Positions 47,309 through 57,492 are shown, numbered from the stretch's first letter. The stretch: 64,000 nt of DNA from Bacteroidota bacterium (GCA_014190515.1 BJGN01000001.1:1630-65629), one strand, 5' to 3'. Translations and numbers: made by a program. The notes: generated by a model not told the origin, from the letters alone.

Positions 47309-47506
47309 AACCTTTCATTTCGATGCAAAACAATTTCATACTAAAAAGGTTTAAAATAAAGGTCTTTTGATTCATTAGGTGTAATTTTGATTAATGCATT
47401 ATTTTTCAACGGCGATTATTGTTAAATTGCTTCATTTAAATTTTTAAAATGTTATTTTTAACATTTGTACATTCGTTAAACAGGAAAGACCTTTAATTAA
47501 AAATAT

Positions 47507-50335
47507 ATGAAATTGACATCCAGCCACTTGTTTTTTCTACTGTCATTATTTTGCAACGTATGGTTAATGGGGCAAAGCACCCCCGCTTGTACCTATAAAC
47601 TCGAGTGTGCTGACCTGGGTCTAGATGGTTGGAATGATGCTTCCTTAGAAATAATTGTTGGGAATAAGGTCAACCGGTTTACTCTACTAACAGGCAGTAA
47701 AGAAACTTTTTATCTTCAAGTCTTTAAAGGTGATTCTATAACTATGCGCTTTATCACAGGTCTGTACGATGAAGAAATTCAGTACGAACTGCGAAATGAA
47801 CGTGATTCTGTGCTGTTTTCTCAAAAAGGAAAGTTACCAACTGCGGGCATAGTTTATAAAAATATTGGCTCTTGCCCTTCCTGTCCGGCACCCCCCAGTT
47901 TCTTTGTAAAGCCAGGTTTCATTGGTTCTCAAACGGCCAATCTTGGCTGGCAATCCGTACCGGGAGCAACTTCTACCTTACTTCTTTTTAAAAATTCCCC
48001 CATTCTCAATGCAGATACTTTCCGAATCACAAAAAATGATACACTATTAAGTAAGTTAAGCGAACATACTATTTATACCTATTCCCTTGCCAGTATCTGT
48101 CCAGCGGGAGATACCAGCCGACCCATCGGGCCCTTTAGTATTGAAACCAGATGGAAATTAGATCTCGGAATTTCTAGTCTCATAGCTCCTTTTTCTGACT
48201 GCGGATTAGGTAATGATTCAGTGAAAGTAGCTATTTTTAACTATGGCGGCGAACCGCAGTCTTTAATTCCTTATGGCTACCTGATTAATCGAGTGGAAGT
48301 TCCCATAAATCGTCCCGTCGATGGTTTCTATACGGGCGTTGTAGGTGTTGACAGTGCCAATACAACTGCTTTCGATCAACCCTTTAACTTCTCTGCCCCT
48401 GGGGAATATAATATCGTAGCCTGGACACAAATGGATAAAGACGGTGAGGTTAAAAACGATAGCATGACCGCCAAAGTAATAAGTATCCCAACCATTACCA
48501 CTTTTCCATATCTAACAACACTGGAAGAAAAATTTACGGGTTGGACAGTTGATGCTAAAAGTCAATTTAATAGTTGGGCACTCGGTACTCCTAATGGATC
48601 TGCCCTTCGAAATGCCTTCAGCGGCATTAAAGCATGGGGAACCAACCTAAATGGCAATCATAAATCAAACGAACTTTCTTACCTGAATTCACCTTGTTTT
48701 GATTTCTCAAGAACTGCCCAGGATCCCATTTTATCCTTTAGAGTCCAAATAGATATTGAACGCTGTTGTGACGGTCTTTGGATTGAATATTCTAAGGACG
48801 ATGGAAAATCATGGCTTCGATTGGGCTCTCCCTCATCAGGTACTAACTGGTACAATGATACTGAAAGATGGCTTTGGAATGGAAATGGACACGCAGATGG
48901 TTGGTTCTTAGCCGCTCATGTTCTTCCCGGTGTTGCGGGTAACCCAAAAGTAAAGATTAGATTTGTTTTTAACAGTGATCTCGGTGTTCAAAGAGAAGGC
49001 GTCCTCCTTGATAACATAAATGTTTCTGCCTCTAACTTCGATTTGGTCGCTTTAAATGTTAAAAATAGCAGAAAATCAGCGTGTGAAAATATTACTGATA
49101 ATGTCATCTTCCATATTGGAAATATTGGGAGGTCTAATTTGACTGGCATAAATCTTGCCTATCAAATAAATGGCGGACCTATTGTTACGGAATCAGCCTC
49201 AACATTGGCAGTAAATAGTGGTCAAAACAAACTCTTTACTTTCAAACAAGGATTTGATTCGTCAAAGCCAGGTACATATAATATAAAAGCCTGGATAGTA
49301 GGAGAATCCTCTTTAACACATAACGATACGGCCTATTTTACCTTTAAAACAAATACTACCTTCCCTTTCAAAGAAGATTTTGAGCAGGGTAAATTACCCG
49401 TAGACTGGGTTGGTACTGATCATATTGTTACTAAGGGGCATAATAATAAATCGTACGTCGTGTCAGATTTACTCACTTCGTCCGATCCCCGTTTTGATCT
49501 TTTAACTGCGCCCATTGGCCTTGTTTCCTTAAAAGATACTCTGCGGTTTGATTACAGAGCGGTTACTTTTGAAAGTGAAGGTAAAATAGGAGCAACATGG
49601 AATAGCTCCGATCGATTAGAAATAGCTATTTCGACAGATTGTGGTGCTACCTTTCAAGTGATACGAACCATAAATAACTTGACACATCAGGTTAGTAATA
49701 AGTATAAAACCATTCTGGTCGATCTGTCACCTTATGCTGGTAAAAATGTAGTCGTTAAAGTAAGTGCCCTTTGGGGATCAGGCAATTACTGGGTAGATTT
49801 AGATAATTTTAACCTTATTCGATGCCCTTCAAATCTCTCTCTTTCTGCCAGAATAGTCAGTGGGCTTTCTTCAAATTCAAGTCAGCCGGCCGTAATAACC
49901 ATTTCTGCTGAAAACGGAGCGGGACCCTACACCTACTTGTGGAGTAATGGAGCAAAAAGTAAAACAGCTGAAATATTAAATCCCGGCACCTATAAAGTTA
50001 CCGTAAATGATGCTTTTGGTTGCACCGATAACTTGGAAGTGAAAGTGGGGGTACCTACCAATATTAATGAGTTTGCCTCCTGGATGAATGGCATTTCCCT
50101 TTATCCTAATCCTACCTCAGCAAACCCCGCTATTTCATTTACTTTAACAAAAGCTGACAGGGCTACCATAAGAATTTTCAATGCCTTAGGGGCCATTATT
50201 TACCAGACCCAAACAGACATTGCTACAGCACATAATCTCACTTTAAATATTAATAAACAAGTACCTGGCGTTTATTGGGTGTCCGTTCAGGTCAATGATA
50301 AACAATTGGGGCTTCCATTGGTTATTATTGATTAA
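47507..50335 (+). CDS. Large T9SS-secreted surface protein (SprB repeat plus Por C-terminal sorting domain)
   Basis: Signal peptide. SprB-type repeat GAGPYTYLWSNGAKSKTAEILNPGTYKVTVNDAFGCTD. C-terminal ISLYPNPTSANPAISFTL...IRIFNALGAIIY...PGVYWVSVQV matches the TIGR04183-type CTD pattern. Confidence 0.8.
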   Translation: MKLTSSHLFFLLSLFCNVWLMGQSTPACTYKLECADLGLDGWNDASLEIIVGNKVNRFTLLTGSKETFYLQVFKGDSITMRFITGLYDEEIQYELRNERDSVLFSQKGKLPTAGIVYKNIGSCPSCPAPPSFFVKPGFIGSQTANLGWQSVPGATSTLLLFKNSPILNADTFRITKNDTLLSKLSEHTIYTYSLASICPAGDTSRPIGPFSIETRWKLDLGISSLIAPFSDCGLGNDSVKVAIFNYGGEPQSLIPYGYLINRVEVPINRPVDGFYTGVVGVDSANTTAFDQPFNFSAPGEYNIVAWTQMDKDGEVKNDSMTAKVISIPTITTFPYLTTLEEKFTGWTVDAKSQFNSWALGTPNGSALRNAFSGIKAWGTNLNGNHKSNELSYLNSPCFDFSRTAQDPILSFRVQIDIERCCDGLWIEYSKDDGKSWLRLGSPSSGTNWYNDTERWLWNGNGHADGWFLAAHVLPGVAGNPKVKIRFVFNSDLGVQREGVLLDNINVSASNFDLVALNVKNSRKSACENITDNVIFHIGNIGRSNLTGINLAYQINGGPIVTESASTLAVNSGQNKLFTFKQGFDSSKPGTYNIKAWIVGESSLTHNDTAYFTFKTNTTFPFKEDFEQGKLPVDWVGTDHIVTKGHNNKSYVVSDLLTSSDPRFDLLTAPIGLVSLKDTLRFDYRAVTFESEGKIGATWNSSDRLEIAISTDCGATFQVIRTINNLTHQVSNKYKTILVDLSPYAGKNVVVKVSALWGSGNYWVDLDNFNLIRCPSNLSLSARIVSGLSSNSSQPAVITISAENGAGPYTYLWSNGAKSKTAEILNPGTYKVTVNDAFGCTDNLEVKVGVPTNINEFASWMNGISLYPNPTSANPAISFTLTKADRATIRIFNALGAIIYQTQTDIATAHNLTLNINKQVPGVYWVSVQVNDKQLGLPLVIID

Positions 50336-50342
50336 AGGCATC

Positions 50343-51479
50343 ATGAAAATAGGAATAGTTTGTTACCCTACTTACGGAGGAAGTGGTGTTATAGCTACGG
50401 AGCTTGGACTTGGACTGGCACGTAAAGGTCATCAAATACACTTTATCACTTATCGACGACCAGCAAGGCTTGGACATTTCCAAGAAAATGTCTTTTACCA
50501 TGAAGTGGATACTTCCGATTACCCTTTGTTTGAATTTCCACCCTACGAAACAGCTTTAGCAGGAAAAATGGTGGATGTTGTGCGCTTCGAAAACCTCGAT
50601 TTACTTCATGTGCACTATGCCATTCCTCATGCTGCCGTCGCCTATATGGCAAAGAAAATACTACTGAGCGAGGGTCGTTATGTTCCTGTTATTACAACCC
50701 TTCACGGTACCGATATTACGCTCGTTGGTAATAACAGTGCCTTCAAACCCGTTATTGAGTTTTCTATCAATAAATCTGATGGGGTTACCGCAGTTTCTGA
50801 CCATTTAAAACAACAGACATACGATTATTTTAATATCAATAAGGATATTAGGGTAATTCCAAATTTCATAGATTTTGACAGATTTAAACGAAGTAATAAA
50901 GAACATTTTCGAAAGGCCATAGCTTTGGATAACGAGAGGATTCTTATTCATGTTAGTAACTTCAGGAAGGTAAAAAGAGTAGAAGATGTTATTTCAGTCT
51001 TTGCCAAAGTGAATGAACAATTAGCCTCCAAATTGTTGCTTATTGGCGATGGTCCAGAACGGTGGAATGCAGAATCCTATTCACGAAGCCTTGGGCTGGG
51101 CGACCAGATTAGGTTTCTAGGAAAGCAAGATGCTATTGAAGAACTTTTAGCTGTTTCAGATCTTTTCTTGCTAACCTCTGAAAAAGAATCTTTTGGATTA
51201 GCCGCTCTTGAAGCCATGGCCTGCGAAGTCCCTGTTATATCTACCAATGCAGGTGGAATTCCAGAGGTAAATATTCACGGAGTAACTGGTTTTGTCAGCG
51301 ATATTGGCGATGTAAACGATATGGCTAAAAATGCCATAACTATTTTAAGTAGCGAAGAAACTTTAACCACCTTTAGAACCCAGGCGCTTGCTCAGGCAAA
51401 ACGGTTTGACATAAATAATATTCTTCCAATTTATGAAGATTATTACGAAGAAATAATTGAAGCCTCAAACCTAAAGTAA
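50343..51479 (+). CDS. bshA: N-acetyl-alpha-D-glucosaminyl L-malate synthase (bacillithiol biosynthesis)
   Basis: MKIGIVCYPTYGGSGVIATELGLGLARKGHQIHFITY closely follows the BshA N-terminus, and the GT4 C-terminal part has SEKESFGLAALEAMACEVPVI. The internal ATG is preferred over the track start at 50295. Confidence 0.8.
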   Translation: MKIGIVCYPTYGGSGVIATELGLGLARKGHQIHFITYRRPARLGHFQENVFYHEVDTSDYPLFEFPPYETALAGKMVDVVRFENLDLLHVHYAIPHAAVAYMAKKILLSEGRYVPVITTLHGTDITLVGNNSAFKPVIEFSINKSDGVTAVSDHLKQQTYDYFNINKDIRVIPNFIDFDRFKRSNKEHFRKAIALDNERILIHVSNFRKVKRVEDVISVFAKVNEQLASKLLLIGDGPERWNAESYSRSLGLGDQIRFLGKQDAIEELLAVSDLFLLTSEKESFGLAALEAMACEVPVISTNAGGIPEVNIHGVTGFVSDIGDVNDMAKNAITILSSEETLTTFRTQALAQAKRFDINNILPIYEDYYEEIIEASNLK

Positions 51480-51484
51480 TCAAT

Positions 51485-53866
51485 TTAATCCTCTCTTCCT
51501 ATCCACACAATCTTACCCACAGAGGTGTCTGGGTTACTAAACCCTATTAAAGAAGGATTGGATGTACTAAAAACAAGATAAACACCTGACCTTACGTTAT
51601 TTCCCTGAAAATCTTTCCCGTACCATAAAGCCTGGCCTCCAACTGCCTTCGTTTCAAATACTAATTTCCCATTTATATCCGAAATTTTAATTACCGCATC
51701 TCTTGCCAGACCTCTTATAGCTACAGGACCAGAAAAAGAGGGGGGAACAGGATTAGGATAAATTTCCATTTTTTTACCTAAATGAAAAATTTTAGCCTCC
51801 ACAGCCTCACTTTGTAATACGACCAACCCATTCTCTGTTCCAATATAAGCCTTACCTGACTTGGCATCTATAGTAATTGCCTGAACGGAATTACCCGGCA
51901 AGGGTGAGTTTAAAGTATTAAAACGACCTACCGTTTTACGTCCATCGGCTGAAAGGATAAATAATCCATTTTTCGTTCCAATCCATTTTCTATTTCCTCC
52001 ATCCACAGCAATGGATAAAATTTCTTCTGTGGAAAGTAGATAATCCAGGAAACCATCTTGTTCAACAATTCTCAATTCACCTTTACAATTATTATCAAAA
52101 ATACTTCCACCGCATTCAAAAATAATAATGCCTTTTGACGTACCCAACCACACATATCCTTCTCTGTCAACGGCTAAACAATTTACCTGATTGGTGGGAA
52201 GTCTGCTTGTGCTCGTATTAATTAACCTGCAACGATCGTCAGAAGGATTTTTGAGGTCTCCCGCGTCAAAAACCAATGCGCCATTGGAGGAAGAGGAAGA
52301 AACAAACCATTTGAATCCATTCCCGTCTATTCCTACCTGATGTAGTTGAGTTTCTGCACAATTAGGTTTAAAGGATTGCCACTCCCCTTTATCCGTAAAT
52401 ACAGATATGGGCTTCTCTGCCAGATGGTTAGCAATCCACAAGTTTTTATCTTTATCAAAAGCTAATCCACTGACCCTGGTTCGAATAGCGTCTCCGACCG
52501 TATTATTCAGCGAAGAATTTTTTTCATCGAACCGGACTATTTTTTCTCCATCCATTTGCAATAATCCTTCCAGGAAAGACCCCGCATATACTTTACCATT
52601 GGTAGGATGTACGGCCATGGTAATGATATCATACAAATCGTCATCTGGAGAATTCGTATTTTCACCTAACATAGCGGGCGTGTTAAACCTATTGTAAATA
52701 CGCCAGATACCATCTTTTAATGAGGCGAATCCATGGTCCAAAAACCGATATCCAAAATTTTGAGTTACTCCCCCTGACGCGAGCCATAATACTCCTTCCG
52801 GCGAAATGGTCAGCCATCTGGTTGAAGCTGAAAAGGGTGAATTAAGTGAAAATCTTTTACATTGGCTATCTGTTATTTTGTCCATATACCTGAAATCCTG
52901 GTATTCATCGCCGAACCAAATTCTTCCATTTTCCTCCTGGACAACATTTTGTATTCTGCCTATGCAGTTACCTGGAATTTTGGTAGAAGGCATATCCTCC
53001 TTAACGATAATAATTTCGTCTTGATTACATGAGTTATCCGAACATCTGTAACCCGCTAACAATTGTGCTCCATTGCCATTTAAAAATAATAAATGCTGAT
53101 GTGAGTAAGAGAACACCTCCTTAGCGCTTTTAATATTTTCATCGTATTTAAATAAGACGTTACCAACATTAAAATATAAACTACCTTTAAAAATGCCGAG
53201 GGCAGAACAAAATCCAGAAGGAAAGCCGTCTTGCATTTTCAACCATTTCCAATTATTGAAATTCTCCGGATTAGCATGATTTGCTTCAATGCGGTATAAG
53301 CCTTTCTCTGTAGCTGCGTAAATAAATCCTTTATGAAGAATAACATTTTTAACAGGTAAACCAGTAAATACAGAAAAAGAGAATTCTCTTTTAGCCAAAT
53401 TTAAGGCAGAAACACCATATTGGGTGGCAATCAATAATAAATCACCTGCCGCTAAATAAAGTTGGTTTATCGATTTATCTCCTGTAAAATTTTTAAAATT
53501 TCTGATTTGAGGAAGACTAACCACCCTACCCTTTTGATCCATTATATCAAAAACACCATCTTGATAAGCAATGATTAGTTCCTTTCTAAATGTATTAAAT
53601 TGTATGAATTTCAACTTTACGTCGCTCAATCCACTCGATTTATCAAATTGTTCCATGGAAAAATCAGATTTATCAATAGAAACAATAGATTGAGAAGCGA
53701 TATAAAAAATTTTATTTTCGCTTTGAGTTACTTGTTGGCCTTGCCGCAGTGGAAATAGACTCTGCCATTCGAGTATTCTTAGTCTTGAGGTATCTTGGCT
53801 GTGGAGTTGAAACCCATGAAATAAAAACAGAAGGAAAAGGACTGATAAACTGGGGGTACTATTCAT
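51485..53866 (-). CDS. Double beta-propeller (Reg_prop repeats) protein with a T9SS C-terminal domain, PorZ-like
   Basis: Repeated WxGT..GL units (WIGTKNGLFIL, YIGTENGLVVL, WLGTSKGIIIF). CTD IYPNPV...IKISDINGKLVF...GVYLVF. With the start at the internal ATG it has the signal peptide MNSTPSLSVLFLLFLFHGFQLHSQ. Confidence 0.6.
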   Translation of the reverse strand: MNSTPSLSVLFLLFLFHGFQLHSQDTSRLRILEWQSLFPLRQGQQVTQSENKIFYIASQSIVSIDKSDFSMEQFDKSSGLSDVKLKFIQFNTFRKELIIAYQDGVFDIMDQKGRVVSLPQIRNFKNFTGDKSINQLYLAAGDLLLIATQYGVSALNLAKREFSFSVFTGLPVKNVILHKGFIYAATEKGLYRIEANHANPENFNNWKWLKMQDGFPSGFCSALGIFKGSLYFNVGNVLFKYDENIKSAKEVFSYSHQHLLFLNGNGAQLLAGYRCSDNSCNQDEIIIVKEDMPSTKIPGNCIGRIQNVVQEENGRIWFGDEYQDFRYMDKITDSQCKRFSLNSPFSASTRWLTISPEGVLWLASGGVTQNFGYRFLDHGFASLKDGIWRIYNRFNTPAMLGENTNSPDDDLYDIITMAVHPTNGKVYAGSFLEGLLQMDGEKIVRFDEKNSSLNNTVGDAIRTRVSGLAFDKDKNLWIANHLAEKPISVFTDKGEWQSFKPNCAETQLHQVGIDGNGFKWFVSSSSSNGALVFDAGDLKNPSDDRCRLINTSTSRLPTNQVNCLAVDREGYVWLGTSKGIIIFECGGSIFDNNCKGELRIVEQDGFLDYLLSTEEILSIAVDGGNRKWIGTKNGLFILSADGRKTVGRFNTLNSPLPGNSVQAITIDAKSGKAYIGTENGLVVLQSEAVEAKIFHLGKKMEIYPNPVPPSFSGPVAIRGLARDAVIKISDINGKLVFETKAVGGQALWYGKDFQGNNVRSGVYLVFSTSNPSLIGFSNPDTSVGKIVWIGRED

Positions 53867-53870
53867 TGGG

Positions 53871-54452
53871 CTAAGCGTTTTTAAAATTCGTTGAGGCAGG
53901 TATGGCATTAAAAACTGCATCGGGGACAAGATAGCGAATAGAAAAACCGGCTTTAATGCATTGTCTTATATAGCTGGCAGAAATATTCATTTGAGGCACA
54001 TTTTTAAAAATCTTAACCTTAGTATTTTCATCCATTGACGCCGTTTCATAATCAGGTCTTGAGTAAACGTAAATGGGAAAATCTCTCAATATGATATCTG
54101 CATTTTTCCATTTAGGTAAACTAAGCAATGAATCTCCACCCATAATAAGATGGAAGCTTTTATCGGGAAATTTTTCCTTTAACACCGCTAAGGTAACTAT
54201 CGTGTAAGATGGTTGCGGCAGGGTAAACTCAATAGACGAGGCTTTTAATTTGGGATTATCTGCAATAGCATCTTGAACCCAGGCTAAGCGATCATAATCA
54301 TTAGCTAATGATTTTTTATTTTTCAAAGGATTGTGAGGTGATACTACAAACCACACCTCATCGAGATCAGTTTGGGTAGCCATGAATTCAGCTATAACCA
54401 GATGGCCGTTATGAATAGGATTGAAAGAACCAAAGAAAAGGCCAACTTTCAT
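53871..54452 (-). CDS. nadD: Nicotinate-nucleotide adenylyltransferase
   Basis: GLFFGSFNPIHNGHL (HxGH) and ISASYIR; 193 aa. Confidence 0.9.
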   Translation of the reverse strand: MKVGLFFGSFNPIHNGHLVIAEFMATQTDLDEVWFVVSPHNPLKNKKSLANDYDRLAWVQDAIADNPKLKASSIEFTLPQPSYTIVTLAVLKEKFPDKSFHLIMGGDSLLSLPKWKNADIILRDFPIYVYSRPDYETASMDENTKVKIFKNVPQMNISASYIRQCIKAGFSIRYLVPDAVFNAIPASTNFKNA

Positions 54453-54461
54453 AGATCTATA

Positions 54462-54959
54462 TCATTGCTGGAATTTATTTTCCATCGTTAAGAAAATACT
54501 ATCAATAATTTTTTGAAGTTCTTCGTCCTGATAAATTTGTGCTTCTTCGGGAGGAGCGTCCATTAGCCATTTACCTGACGATTTTTTTAAATAAAAGGTG
54601 TTATCATATATTTCGAACTGATCTTTCATTTTACAAACACAAATAGTGTGTTCCCCTTTTGGCAAGCAATTAATAGCGAGGAATGAGGTCTTTAGCAAAG
54701 ATGAATCCAGTGTTTCCTGAGTTTTAAACACAAACTTCTTTAAATCATTTAACCTTAATTTTTCCTCCTCTGTTGCATGTCCCTCTGCTTTTTCAAAATC
54801 ATTTATATCTAACCATTGTTGGTATTGCTGTATAAAATTTTCGGGCGAACCCATTACTGCTTCCTCCTGATTTTCTTCAACACGTTCATTTTTTTTACAA
54901 CTAAAAAAAGCACAGAAAAGGAAGAAAGCAACGATATATATATTAAAATTTAACTTCAT
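54462..54959 (-). CDS. Hypothetical lipoprotein
   Basis: Lipobox AFFSCKK. 165 aa. 1-nt overlap with the dnaN stop. Confidence 0.55.
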   Translation of the reverse strand: MKLNFNIYIVAFFLFCAFFSCKKNERVEENQEEAVMGSPENFIQQYQQWLDINDFEKAEGHATEEEKLRLNDLKKFVFKTQETLDSSLLKTSFLAINCLPKGEHTICVCKMKDQFEIYDNTFYLKKSSGKWLMDAPPEEAQIYQDEELQKIIDSIFLTMENKFQQ

Positions 54960-56074
54960 TAGTTACTTAGCATCACAGGCATTACCAACATTAAAATATC
55001 TGTACCCTCTTTTTGCTCTGACGGAAACATAAGTCCTGCTCTTGAGGGAGTAGATAATTCCAGCAACACCTCTTCAGAATCTAATACACCTAACATTTCT
55101 GCCATAAATTTAGCATTAAAAGCAATAACCAGGGGAGATCCGTCATAATTACAAGGAAGCTGCTCAATGGCCTCATTAGAAAAATCTAAATCTTGTGCTG
55201 AAACGGTCATACTACCTTTGGTAATATTCAACACTACCTGATTTGTTGTTTTATTGGCATAAATGGCAATTCTTTTAAGAGAATTTTGAAAATCATGTCT
55301 TGAAATCTGAACACTGAGGGGATTATCGACAGGGATAACCGCGTTATAATCAGGATATTTATTGTCGATCAGACGACAAACCAATTTTATTTTATTGAAG
55401 GTAAAAAATGCGTAGCTTTTATTAAACGAAAGGGTAATTTCCGCATCAGAAGGAACCACCGTCTTTAAAAGATTTAGCGCCTTTTTAGGCATAATAAAAG
55501 AAGAAGTTACAGAACTTGTAATATCGGTGCACACATAACGAACCAATTTATGGGCATCTGTAGCCACCATAGAAATTTTGTTGGTATCAATTTGAAAATA
55601 GACCCCCATCATTGCTGGTCGTAAATCATCAGTGCTTGTTGCAAAAATAGTTTTAGAAATACCCTGAAGCAGAGCCAGACCAGAAAGGCTCACCGCTTCT
55701 ACTTCATCAGGCGTTGGAATGGCAGGAAAATCAGCACCATTTTCACCTGCAAGTTTATATTTCCCGTAGGCTGAAGTTATTTCAATACCGAAATTTTTAT
55801 CATCGATTTGAAAGGTAATAGGCTGAGCGGGCAATGCCTTGAGCGTATCCATCAAAATTTTCCCAGGAATGGCCACTTTCCCATTAAAATCAGCCATAAC
55901 ATCCATTTCCGTAGAAATAGCTGTTTCATTATCTGTAGCTGATATTGTCAGGACACTATCCTGGATGGAAAATAAAAAACCTTCCATGATAGCGGAGGAA
56001 GGATTCGAGGAAATGGTGCCAACAGCAATTTGTAACTGCTTAAGCAACTCGGAGGAAGATATGCTAAATTTCAT
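54959..56074 (-). CDS. dnaN: DNA polymerase III beta sliding clamp
   Basis: 371 aa. The MKFSISSSELLKQLQ start and a three-domain repeat pattern are typical of DnaN. Confidence 0.85.
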   Translation of the reverse strand: MKFSISSSELLKQLQIAVGTISSNPSSAIMEGFLFSIQDSVLTISATDNETAISTEMDVMADFNGKVAIPGKILMDTLKALPAQPITFQIDDKNFGIEITSAYGKYKLAGENGADFPAIPTPDEVEAVSLSGLALLQGISKTIFATSTDDLRPAMMGVYFQIDTNKISMVATDAHKLVRYVCTDITSSVTSSFIMPKKALNLLKTVVPSDAEITLSFNKSYAFFTFNKIKLVCRLIDNKYPDYNAVIPVDNPLSVQISRHDFQNSLKRIAIYANKTTNQVVLNITKGSMTVSAQDLDFSNEAIEQLPCNYDGSPLVIAFNAKFMAEMLGVLDSEEVLLELSTPSRAGLMFPSEQKEGTDILMLVMPVMLSN

Positions 56075-56160
56075 TTTATTTTCTTTGGTGTAAAAATAGC
56101 CAAATTTTATGGTAATTGTAACTTTTTTCTACGTCCTGTAATAATCTATCTAAACCCTGT

Positions 56161-56168
56161 TAACTTTG
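56161..56168 (+). promoter_or_regulatory. -7 type promoter motif TAACTTTG
   Basis: Exact TAnnTTTG match 20 nt upstream of the ATG at 56188. Confidence 0.4.
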
Positions 56169-56187
56169 CCACCATAAAAATTAGGGA

Positions 56188-57465
56188 ATGAGTTTAAATA
56201 GAAGGAGATCGCCTCGTGTAAGTTCCATTTCAGGAGTAAGACTTCCCGATAGTGAAAATATATTTCTGGACAATGGCCTCCCCGTTACCCTTCTTCATGG
56301 CTCAGAAACAGAGGCGTTGCGCTTAGATATTTGCTTTAAGGTAGGTAGGCAACACGAACATAAACGAATGGCATCCAGGGCTACTGCCTCGATGTTAAAA
56401 GAGGGTAGCTCCCAATATTCCGGAAAAGCCTTTGCTGAAAAAATGGACACATTGGGAAGTTCCTGGGAGTCCCCCGTGCAACTAGATTACTCCCATTTTT
56501 CCTGGCTTGGCTTAAGCCGGTTTGGTATGGAAGCCCTTCCTGTGATAGCTGATATTCTTGAAAATCCGACGTTCCCCACATCGGAAATTCACGCATTTGT
56601 CCAAAGAAATGTCGCCCGGCTAAAAGTTGAATTAACGAAACCTGACGTAGTTGGCTACAGAACCTTTACCGCTATTTTATTAGGTGAAAATCATCCCTTT
56701 GGCTGGAATTCGACTCAGGAGATTTTTGAAAATCTTGCTAAGGAAGATCTTCAAAAGCATCATTCTGACTGGTATAACACGGAAACTTGTCAGTGTTTTC
56801 TCTCTGGCAATGTACCACTGCCGTTTTTAGATATGTTAAACAAAACAGTGGGTCAGCTCTTTATAGGCAAAAAAAGCCCTCCTTCTCCGGTCATACCCAA
56901 AATAAATCCTAACTTTGGTACAACCGAGATAAAGTTGTCGGGTACCCTGCAGTCGTCTCTTCATATCGGATACCTGACTGGGGTAAGACAACATGATGAT
57001 TATCCAACCCTACTCGTTTTGAATACCATTCTCGGCGGATTTTTCGGCTCCCGTCTGATGACAAATATTAGAGAGAAACTTGGCTATACTTATCATATTC
57101 AATCTAACCTCGATACTTATCCTGATGTGGGATCCCTCTGGATTAATGCAGAATTATCTCCCGACTACTTAAATCCTACCAGAAAGGAAATATTTAAAGA
57201 AATCAATCTTCTCAAAAACAAGCCAGTATCAAACTCATTTTTAAAAATGGTTAAGAGCTACTTAATTGGTTCTGAACTAAATGCATTGGATGGTACACTA
57301 CAAGCCATGGAGGTTATTAGAGAAAGAGCCATGGAGGGTTTAGAAAAAATTGATTATGCCACTGAGATAGAAAAAATAAATTCAGTTTCCCCTTTTCAAC
57401 TTCAGGAGATGGCAAATAAATATTTTTCTCAAGATAATTTCACGGAAGTGCGTGTTACACCTTAA
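56188..57465 (+). CDS. M16-family (pitrilysin/insulinase-fold) protein lacking the HxxEH zinc motif
   Basis: The fold pattern is LDICFKVGRQHEHK...ASMLKEGS. Active M16 enzymes have GxAHFLEHMxFKGT at this position, but no HxxEH is present. 425 aa. Confidence 0.65.
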   Translation: MSLNRRRSPRVSSISGVRLPDSENIFLDNGLPVTLLHGSETEALRLDICFKVGRQHEHKRMASRATASMLKEGSSQYSGKAFAEKMDTLGSSWESPVQLDYSHFSWLGLSRFGMEALPVIADILENPTFPTSEIHAFVQRNVARLKVELTKPDVVGYRTFTAILLGENHPFGWNSTQEIFENLAKEDLQKHHSDWYNTETCQCFLSGNVPLPFLDMLNKTVGQLFIGKKSPPSPVIPKINPNFGTTEIKLSGTLQSSLHIGYLTGVRQHDDYPTLLVLNTILGGFFGSRLMTNIREKLGYTYHIQSNLDTYPDVGSLWINAELSPDYLNPTRKEIFKEINLLKNKPVSNSFLKMVKSYLIGSELNALDGTLQAMEVIRERAMEGLEKIDYATEIEKINSVSPFQLQEMANKYFSQDNFTEVRVTP

Positions 57466-57492
57466 ATTATCTTAATTTGATGGAATTATTAT

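Noticed and set aside
50295-50342. N-terminal extensions implied by the longest-ORF starts for bshA (50295), the PorZ-like gene (53929), the acyl-CoA ligase (46386), lon (2762), the lipoprotein (24735), glyQS (34835) and the GHMP kinase (11840)
   Set aside because: Internal ATGs give canonical family N-termini or proper signal peptides and remove overlaps with neighbouring genes or promoter motifs. Several of the longest-ORF starts are TTG codons.
51499-51507. DnaA-box-like 9-mer CTATCCACA, and the presence of dnaN as a hint of oriC
   Set aside because: It is a single imperfect box inside a coding region about 4.5 kb from dnaN. There is no dnaA gene, no cluster of boxes and no AT-rich unwinding element next to dnaN, and dnaN is often unlinked from oriC in Bacteroidota.
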